From Gammaproteobacteria bacterium (GTDB lineage Bacteria; Pseudomonadota; Gammaproteobacteria; Steroidobacterales; UBA11654), in NCBI GenBank assembly GCA_002717445.1, contig PBDY01000027.1:32747-96746 (forward strand): a DNA stretch of 64,000 bases. The letters are read 5' to 3'. How positions within the stretch are numbered: the first letter of the stretch is position 1; the number at the start of each line of letters is the position of its first letter. The notes under the pieces were generated by a model. That model did no database searches, had not been told where the DNA came from, and was given only the letters and a program-made list of their open reading frames with translations. Shown one piece after another: positions 57,715 through 64,000 of this stretch. The position numbers and the translations under genes are program-made.

Positions 57715-57939
57715 ATGTTAGATAAAATCACAAACGGCGTTTCAGCCGCAACGGCTATTGCCATGTCATTAATCGGTTTAGCAATTATGCTACAAATCGT
57801 ATTTGGTGGCTCTGTACCTTTCCTTGGCGGAGACGTCATTGGTACAATCATTGGTATAGTTCATCAACTAGGCGACGCTGGCTTGGTTGGTTTAATTTCC
57901 GCTGCTGTACTTTGGAAATTACTAACTCATGATGAATAA
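57715..57939 (+). CDS. Small hydrophobic membrane protein
   Basis: TAGGAG RBS; almost entirely hydrophobic and Gly/Ala-rich. Confidence 0.75.
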   Translation: MLDKITNGVSAATAIAMSLIGLAIMLQIVFGGSVPFLGGDVIGTIIGIVHQLGDAGLVGLISAAVLWKLLTHDE

Positions 57940-57954
57940 CTAAGTTTACACACC

Positions 57955-58260
57955 ATGTGAAATGAACGTTTAGTGGAGTTCGTATAAACCACTTCTCAAC
58001 AGCGTTAATGTTGGGAATAGATATACTTAGGACGGCGGTGCAAGTCCGCCCTCCTCCACCAAATGTGTATTCTGCGAGTATATATTTGGGGGGAGAGTCA
58101 GATATCGACTGGGTATGCCATCTATCTCAATTCGCTAGTCAAGACTAGACTTTAAAATCAAAAATTAATCGGCAATCAAAACGATTATTTACTGGCTGCA
58201 TGATAGTCAGTTTGAGGTTTCGCCCGAGTTCCTTATCACCAAATACTCGGGTTTTTCTTT
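57955..58260 (+). ncRNA. ssrA: Circularly permuted (two-piece) tmRNA
   Basis: T-arm GGCGG-TGCAAGT-CCGCC plus CTCCTCC-A-CCA (58034-58061) precedes the 5' half GGGGGAG (58089-58095), forming a 7-bp acceptor stem with G3.U70. Tag ORF GNQNDYLLAA-stop at 58171-58203. Outer boundaries are approximate. Confidence 0.9.
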
Positions 58261-58274
58261 AACCTATATAAAAT

Positions 58275-59348
58275 ATGAAATCAGTATTTAAAGTCGGCAC
58301 TAAAAAACACCTAAAGAAAAAGATGTTCTTCGACGAGAGTGTTGATATTGCACGGTATGATACGGTAAAGAATGTACCCCAACAAAAACTCTACGAGAAG
58401 ATGTTATCATTTTATTGGACACCCGACGAGATTGATGTTACTAAAGATAAAATAGACTTCGGTAAATTGACTAAGGGTGAACAACACATCTTTACTGCAA
58501 ATCTAAAAAGACAAATCTTATTGGATTCTGTACAAGGACGTTCCCCCAATATCGCATTACTTCCTTTATGTTCTACACCAGAACTAGAAGTCCTTATTGA
58601 AACGTGGTCGTTCTTTGAAACGATTCACTCCCGTTCTTACACTCACTTAATTAGAAATGTCTATCCAGACCCGTCAAAGGTTTTTGATGAAATTGTAACT
58701 ATTCCGGAAATCTTAGATTGTGGAAAAGACATATCCAGGCATTATGATTTGCTAATGCACTATCGGGGTAAGTTCGGTTCATACGAACATAAAAGATTAT
58801 TGTATCTGTGTATGATTTCGATATACATACTAGAAGGTATTAGGTTTTATGTATCGTTTGCCTGTTCTTGGGGTTTCGCAGAGATAAAGAAAATGGAAGG
58901 TAACGCAAAGATTATTAAATTGATTGCAAGAGATGAGAACACCCACCTTGCGGCTTCGTTAAATATCCTTAAATCTTTCCCTAAAGAAGATAAGGATTAT
59001 GTGAAGATTCGTAAAGAAACACATAATGAAGTTATCGATATGTTTATGAGTGCAATCAAACAAGAAGAAGAATGGGCAGATTATCTGTTCAAACACGGTA
59101 GTATGATTGGATTGAATTCAGGAGTTCTGAAAGAATATGTAAGGTGGATAGGTGCAAAGAGATTTAAGAGTGCTGGATATACAACACCTTACCCAACACA
59201 ACAAGCAAATCCATTACCTTGGACAGAGAAATGGATTGGTGGTGGTAACGTTCAAGTTGCACCACAAGAAACTGAAATCACATCTTATCTCGTGGGGGGA
59301 GTAACACAAGATGTTAAAGAAAACACATTTAAAGGATTAAGCTTATGA
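58275..59348 (+). CDS. nrdB: Class Ia ribonucleotide reductase beta subunit
   Basis: LDSVQGR, ETIHSRSY, EGIRFYVSFAC, RDENTH, VAPQETEI. Confidence 0.97.
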   Translation: MKSVFKVGTKKHLKKKMFFDESVDIARYDTVKNVPQQKLYEKMLSFYWTPDEIDVTKDKIDFGKLTKGEQHIFTANLKRQILLDSVQGRSPNIALLPLCSTPELEVLIETWSFFETIHSRSYTHLIRNVYPDPSKVFDEIVTIPEILDCGKDISRHYDLLMHYRGKFGSYEHKRLLYLCMISIYILEGIRFYVSFACSWGFAEIKKMEGNAKIIKLIARDENTHLAASLNILKSFPKEDKDYVKIRKETHNEVIDMFMSAIKQEEEWADYLFKHGSMIGLNSGVLKEYVRWIGAKRFKSAGYTTPYPTQQANPLPWTEKWIGGGNVQVAPQETEITSYLVGGVTQDVKENTFKGLSL

Positions 59349-59584
59349 TAACTATATGGAGTAAAAACGATTGTTCGTGGTGTACACGGGCGAAAGAATT
59401 TCTTGATAATGAGGGAGTCGATTACGAAGAAAGAAATATACAAGGTGGGGAATGGACTATCCAAGATTTACAAAAGAGGGCTCCTAACGTAAGGAGTCTA
59501 CCAGTAATATTTCAAGATAAAAGATTCATTGGTGGTTATGAGAATTTAGTAGCACATATTAACTTAGGACAATTAAGACTATGA
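59345..59584 (+). CDS. Glutaredoxin (NrdC-like)
   Basis: CSWC, SLPVIF, IGGY. Confidence 0.9.
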   Translation: MITIWSKNDCSWCTRAKEFLDNEGVDYEERNIQGGEWTIQDLQKRAPNVRSLPVIFQDKRFIGGYENLVAHINLGQLRL

Positions 59585-59772
59585 CAACCTGTAGGGCATG
59601 TAACAAAAGTTATAAGATACAAATGGTAGTAGATGATAATGACGGTACGACAATGGACACCGAAGAAATAGGGGAAGAAACTACATTCTGTCCGTTCTGT
59701 GGTGAAGACCACCGATACCATCAACAATCATATGTAGGACATGAATGGCAGGCAACATTTGATAATAGATAA
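59581..59772 (+). CDS. Small zinc-ribbon protein
   Basis: CRAC...FCPFCG. Confidence 0.7.
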   Translation: MTTCRACNKSYKIQMVVDDNDGTTMDTEEIGEETTFCPFCGEDHRYHQQSYVGHEWQATFDNR

Positions 59773-60173
59773 TGTGGACATATAAAGGTAAAGAATTTAC
59801 TTCTGAAGATATAGGTGATTATTACGGATTCGTTTATAGGATAGTAAACACTATAAATGGACACGACTATATCGGACGAAAGTATTTTAAAACCAAACGT
59901 AAACTCAAACCGTTAATAGGTAGAAAGAACAAAAGACACAAGGTTATAGAAACTGATTGGCAAGATTATTGGGGTTCTTCAAGACGACTTCAAGAAGATA
60001 TAGATAGATATGGAAAGGAAAACTTTACTCGTGAAATAATAATGTTATGTGATACGAGAGGTAACACTAACTACTATGAAGCGAAGATACAGTTTGAAGA
60101 AGATGTATTATTAAGAGAAGATAATTACAATGGAATTATCGCAGTTAAAATTGGAGTAGGTTCGGTGAAATAA
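59772..60173 (+). CDS. GIY-YIG endonuclease (endonuclease II/DenA-like)
   Basis: GFVY...YIGRK, YWGSS, FTREII, YYE, YN. Confidence 0.85.
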   Translation: MWTYKGKEFTSEDIGDYYGFVYRIVNTINGHDYIGRKYFKTKRKLKPLIGRKNKRHKVIETDWQDYWGSSRRLQEDIDRYGKENFTREIIMLCDTRGNTNYYEAKIQFEEDVLLREDNYNGIIAVKIGVGSVK

Positions 60174-60548
60174 ATGGCATATTCAAAAGAAGTTTTAGAA
60201 CATTATAATAATCCACGCAACGTGGGTAAATTCGACCCGAAAACAGATTCGGTAGGAACTGGTATGGTCGGTGCGCCTTCCTGTGGTGATGTTATGAAAC
60301 TACAAATTAAAGTTAAAGATGATATAATTGAAGATGTAAAGTTTAAAACATATGGTTGTGGTTCTGCAATCGCTAGTTCTAGTATGGTTACTGAAATGAT
60401 TAAAGGTATGACATTAGACCAAGCACAAGCAGTAAAGAATACGGATATCGTAGAATCATTAAGTCTACCGCCAGTTAAGATACATTGTAGTGTACTGGCC
60501 GAAGATGCAATCAAAGCTGCAATAGAAGATTATCGGTCAAATACTTGA
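60174..60548 (+). CDS. iscU: Fe-S cluster scaffold protein IscU
   Basis: MAYS...NPRNVG, APSCGD, FKTYGCGSAIASSS, LPPVKIHCSVLAEDA. Confidence 0.96.
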   Translation: MAYSKEVLEHYNNPRNVGKFDPKTDSVGTGMVGAPSCGDVMKLQIKVKDDIIEDVKFKTYGCGSAIASSSMVTEMIKGMTLDQAQAVKNTDIVESLSLPPVKIHCSVLAEDAIKAAIEDYRSNT

Positions 60549-60573
60549 CAAGCTAACTCAACTAGAGTATAAT
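60545..60573 (+). promoter_or_regulatory. Sigma70-type promoter for RNase H
   Basis: TTGACA-17-TATAAT. Confidence 0.85.
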
Positions 60574-60601
60574 GGTGGTAATGTATAAAATGGATTAAAT
60601 T

Positions 60602-61453
60602 ATGGTATTAGTGGATTTCAATGGTATATCGATTGGTTCAATCATGGGCCAACTCAACAGAGGTGAAAAACTCTCAGAAAGATTAGTCAAACACATCATT
60701 CTTAATAACTTAAGAAGTTATCGTGTTAAATATCCCGAAGAAGATTATGGTAAAATGGTTATCTGTTGCGATTCTCATTCGTGGCGTAAAGATGTATTTC
60801 CTCAATACAAAGCCAGTAGAACAACCAATCGTGAAAAAGATAAAACTGATTGGGATACTATATATGACTTATTAGATAAAACGCTTAGCGACCTGACACG
60901 GAATTTCCCTTATGCAGTAATCAAAATAGAGAAGGCAGAAGCAGATGATATAATCGGTGCATTAGCAAACAACACCGAAGTGATTCAAGAGGAAGTTGTA
61001 ATCATATCTGCTGACAAAGACTTCATACAATTGCAAACTGGTAATGTTACTCAATGGTCACCTTTCCAACAGAAGATGGTAAGGGCCGAGGAAGGTGCAG
61101 AGAGATATCTATTTGACCATACAATGAAAGGTGATTCTTCGGACGGTGTTCCGAATGTTATGTCACCAGACCATTCATTTACGCACCACGTTAGACAAGT
61201 TCCAATGAGAAAGGTATTGATAGAAGAATGGTGGGAAGGTAGAGATAATCTTAAACAGGTTATGCCTCCTGAAGTCTTTAGAAACTATTGTCGTAACAAA
61301 GAGATGATAGATTTAAAAAGAACACCACAAGAAATTATTGATGAAAGTATAGAGAAATATGAATCTTATAAATACATAGACAAAGGCAACATTTTGACAT
61401 ATCTAATTGAAAATGATATGAAACTTTTAATAGAATCAGCAGGAGAGTTTTAA
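60602..61453 (+). CDS. rnh: T4-type RNase H (5'-3' exonuclease)
   Basis: WRKDVFPQYKASR, AEADDIIG, SADKDF, GDSSDGVPN. Confidence 0.93.
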   Translation: MVLVDFNGISIGSIMGQLNRGEKLSERLVKHIILNNLRSYRVKYPEEDYGKMVICCDSHSWRKDVFPQYKASRTTNREKDKTDWDTIYDLLDKTLSDLTRNFPYAVIKIEKAEADDIIGALANNTEVIQEEVVIISADKDFIQLQTGNVTQWSPFQQKMVRAEEGAERYLFDHTMKGDSSDGVPNVMSPDHSFTHHVRQVPMRKVLIEEWWEGRDNLKQVMPPEVFRNYCRNKEMIDLKRTPQEIIDESIEKYESYKYIDKGNILTYLIENDMKLLIESAGEF

Positions 61454-61864
61454 ATGGAAGAAAAGAAATATTATGAATCAATATGGCAAATATTAGATGC
61501 CGTTCACGAGGCGTATGGGGCAGAAGCAAAGAGTAAAATCTTAATAGATAATGATTGCTTGGCGTTACGAGATATTATGAAAATTAACTTCGACAATAAG
61601 TTAACAATTCATGTTTCCAAGGGTATAGAGTGGCAACCCGGAGATGAACAGAAAGCAAACCTTAGAGATATAACTAAATTTTTAGTTCCATTATCTAGAG
61701 GTAATATCGAACAGAAAAGGGCAGATGCTTCATTCAAAGCAATGTTGGAACAGATACACCCAATGGACGCTGTGTATTTAGAACAAGCAGTACACAAGAA
61801 ACTCAAAGTGAAAGGTCTTACCGAAAGACTTATCAAAAACACTTGGGGTGATAGAATAATCTAA
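61454..61864 (+). CDS. Conserved T4-like hypothetical protein
   Basis: F..MLE.IHP.DA pattern at the usual post-rnh position. Confidence 0.65.
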   Translation: MEEKKYYESIWQILDAVHEAYGAEAKSKILIDNDCLALRDIMKINFDNKLTIHVSKGIEWQPGDEQKANLRDITKFLVPLSRGNIEQKRADASFKAMLEQIHPMDAVYLEQAVHKKLKVKGLTERLIKNTWGDRII

Positions 61865-62124
61865 TGCCTACTTATTGTTTCAAAAATAAAACAACGGGTG
61901 TCGAGTGGGAAAAGGAAATGAAAATGTCCGAGGTTGATGATTACGTCAAGGAAAATGATTGTTCCATAATAGTTCAAACACCCAATTTTGCTATAAAACA
62001 TGGCGATGGTAAGGGTAAAGACCAATACGCTCGTGCTGATGGTGATTTTAGAGATAGAATGAAGAATCTTAGAAAAGCAAATCCAACTGCAGAATTAACA
62101 AATCCCGATATCAAAAACTGGTAA
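61864..62124 (+). CDS. FmdB-like small protein
   Basis: MPTY.F N-terminus; zinc-ligand Cys residues largely absent. Confidence 0.55.
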   Translation: MPTYCFKNKTTGVEWEKEMKMSEVDDYVKENDCSIIVQTPNFAIKHGDGKGKDQYARADGDFRDRMKNLRKANPTAELTNPDIKNW

Positions 62125-62934
62125 ATGAAAGTAAATTGGTTTGGTGCATATGGTTATGGTGACTGCATACGTTCTATGGGATATGCAAATACCTTTGCAA
62201 GGAAAACAGACACACCAATAGAACTCAATATTCATTGGTATGGTAATGATACTGAAAAGTTTCATAGTACTGACCCAGAATCCAAATACCAGAGATACAT
62301 CACACTACAAGACGAGATATCAATCGATTATAATATGGTTGATATTAGACATCATTTCAATTCACGAGATACTGTCTATCAAGGTATCGCTTGGAAGGAA
62401 TGGGATAAAGGACTTCACCTACCTAGATTTTTTCCAGTATTCGACCAAGGACTATCATTACACGCACTAGTCAAACCAAAGAAACCTAGATTGATTAATA
62501 AGAATCAAATCTGTATATGGACACCCACTAGTAACATACACTCACTATATCAATGGAAAAACCCTTTAAAAGAATGGAATACCTTTAGAGGTATTGTTAA
62601 AGCACACGGATATGATATAGTAGAGATGTCATATAGAGAACCAATTAAAGATGCAATAGAGAAGGTTGCAACATCAGAGTTTTGTTGTGGGTATGGTGGA
62701 ATGGGTAAAGGTCTTGCTGGTCTATTCTGGAAACCTTTAGTATCCATTACCGAACGTCCAAACAACACATACAGGGAAACCCCTTGGGCATATCCAGTTG
62801 ACAACTTAAGAGATTTCCACAATCTACCAACAATGATAGAAGAATCTATCAAAAGGATTCCCATAGTACAAAGAGATTATAACCGTTACATAAACAACCA
62901 AGGATTTAAGATTGAAAGATATGATATCTTCTGA
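62125..62934 (+). CDS. Hypothetical protein, GT-B/GT9-like motif (paralog 3)
   Basis: GYGD near the N-terminus; WKNP...GYDIVEMSY...CGYGGMG..AGLFWKPL. Confidence 0.45.
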   Translation: MKVNWFGAYGYGDCIRSMGYANTFARKTDTPIELNIHWYGNDTEKFHSTDPESKYQRYITLQDEISIDYNMVDIRHHFNSRDTVYQGIAWKEWDKGLHLPRFFPVFDQGLSLHALVKPKKPRLINKNQICIWTPTSNIHSLYQWKNPLKEWNTFRGIVKAHGYDIVEMSYREPIKDAIEKVATSEFCCGYGGMGKGLAGLFWKPLVSITERPNNTYRETPWAYPVDNLRDFHNLPTMIEESIKRIPIVQRDYNRYINNQGFKIERYDIF

Positions 62935-63466
62935 CGTACCTGTTTATATGATACAGATGTCTGATAATAAGATATCTCAATATTATAAAGAAATGGTTCT
63001 ACCGAGTTGGGAGAATCTAGAATATAAGGTGCATATGTTTGAGGCGACAACTCCGGAAACTCTAGGGGATATGTTGAGGTTTGATGTACTGAAGTCTAAG
63101 AAATCTAACGGAAGGGAGTTTTCCCCAACCGAGAAAGCAGTATGGTATTCCCATTTAAATCTGTGGTTGAAATGTACTAAACCAATGATTATTATAGAAC
63201 ACGATTGTATGACAACTGCTAAATTCTTTATTCAACGGTCTTTGGATTTCAAATTCTTAAGTAAAGATAAGAACCTATCCCCGTGTAATGCATACTTTCT
63301 TACACCTAAAATTGCAAATAAACTGATAGTAAATGCAGTAAAGAACCCATTAACATTGAACACAGACGGTTTTATGTATACTGTATGCAAAGACGAACCT
63401 AGAGGGTTCTGTTGCTATCCCATAATGCACCCGGAAATTGGTGTAACAATTGAGCATTATACTTGA
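62912..63466 (+). CDS. Glycosyltransferase family 25-like protein
   Basis: FEATTP, SPTEKAVWYSHLNLW, IIEHD, AYFLTP..A. Confidence 0.65.
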   Translation: MKDMISSDVPVYMIQMSDNKISQYYKEMVLPSWENLEYKVHMFEATTPETLGDMLRFDVLKSKKSNGREFSPTEKAVWYSHLNLWLKCTKPMIIIEHDCMTTAKFFIQRSLDFKFLSKDKNLSPCNAYFLTPKIANKLIVNAVKNPLTLNTDGFMYTVCKDEPRGFCCYPIMHPEIGVTIEHYT

Positions 63467-63491
63467 CTTGCTAGCCAAAATAGTGTATAAT
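63463..63491 (+). promoter_or_regulatory. Sigma70-type promoter, leaderless geometry
   Basis: TTGACT-17-TATAAT, ATG 7 nt downstream. Confidence 0.8.
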
Positions 63492-63498
63492 ACATAGT

Positions 63499-64000
63499 AT
63501 GAAAACATTTGAACATAAAAAGGTTGATTTAGGGTATGAAGACCTAGTTGCAATAACTAAACCCGAAGGTAGGAAGTATGTAACTCCCGACCATAACAGA
63601 TACTATCCCTCTATTACTACGGTATTAGGACACAAGTCAAAACCTGGAATAGAGGCATGGAAAGACAGAATAGGACACGAGGAAGCCGCAAAGATATTAC
63701 ATCAAGCATATACTCGTGGAACTGCTGTACATCTATTAATTGAAAAGTACTTAAAGAACGAGGATTGTCTAGATGAGTTTCTTCCAGATATCCAAGGTTC
63801 TTTCTTTGATGTTAAACCATTCTTTGATAATAGAATAGGAACTATATACGGTCAAGAGATGGCACTATACTCTGACCATTTAGAAGTTGCTGGTCGAGTA
63901 GACTGTATTGCAGAATTCGACGGTAAAGTAAGTATCATTGACTTCAAGACTTCTAGAAAACCAAAGAAAAGAGAGTGGGTAGAGTCTTACTTTATGCAAG
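63499..64000 (+). CDS. PD-(D/E)XK (Cas4/RecB-like) exonuclease, 3'-truncated by window edge
   Basis: YPSITTVL, RGTAVH, AGRVDCIAEFDG...IDFKTS; absent from the ORF track because no stop falls in the window. Confidence 0.88.
   Translation, partial: MKTFEHKKVDLGYEDLVAITKPEGRKYVTPDHNRYYPSITTVLGHKSKPGIEAWKDRIGHEEAAKILHQAYTRGTAVHLLIEKYLKNEDCLDEFLPDIQGSFFDVKPFFDNRIGTIYGQEMALYSDHLEVAGRVDCIAEFDGKVSIIDFKTSRKPKKREWVESYFMQ

Noticed and set aside
58031..58061. Stand-alone tRNA gene
   Set aside because: There is no anticodon arm, and the matching 5' acceptor strand lies downstream with a tag ORF, so this is a permuted tmRNA.
59772..60173. Mobile homing endonuclease or intron
   Set aside because: It is a short catalytic-domain-only GIY-YIG protein in an operon position, and nrdA, nrdB, gp43 and gp17 are uninterrupted.
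11069..60548. Specific host assignment from the porin, IscU, SbmA and tmRNA
   Set aside because: The genes point to a proteobacterium, but a lineage cannot be fixed without homology searches.
366..63553. The many minus-strand ORFs in the six-frame track
   Set aside because: They are shadows of well-supported plus-strand genes, with no recognisable motifs or RBS/promoter support.
63499..64000. Cas4 as evidence of a CRISPR system
   Set aside because: This is the common T4-like PD-(D/E)XK exonuclease; no array or other cas genes are present.

Overview
This is a 64-kb segment of an AT-rich, T4-like (myovirus-type) phage genome. A marine proteobacterial host is my inference from the accessory genes. 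All credible genes lie on the + strand. The window holds the head/tail morphogenesis block (gp16-17-18-19-20-67-68-21-22-23, gp3), recombination and late-transcription genes (uvsY, uvsW, gp55, gp47, gp46), a MoxR-AAA/VWA pair, the replication block (gp45, gp44, gp62, regA, gp43, uvsX, gp41), nrdA/nrdB/glutaredoxin, RNase H and an exonuclease. Accessory genes are interleaved: glycosyltransferases, two DNA methyltransferases, a radical SAM enzyme, a 2OG-Fe(II) oxygenase, a flavin halogenase, Hsp20, IscU and a porin-like protein. Most notable: (1) a circularly permuted two-piece tmRNA gene (tag GNQNDYLLAA) between nrdA and nrdB; (2) a late operon combining a membrane-anchored Clp-like protein, an SbmA/BacA peptide importer, an ExbB/ExbD (MotA/MotB)-like pair and ClpP; (3) late enzymes carrying T4-like capsid-targeting N-termini; (4) apparently leaderless transcripts for core replication genes; (5) a ROSE-type RNA thermometer on hsp20; (6) a lone antisense promoter pointing into uvsW; (7) apparent GATC avoidance. 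All family calls come from motif recognition and synteny by eye; no database searches were run.
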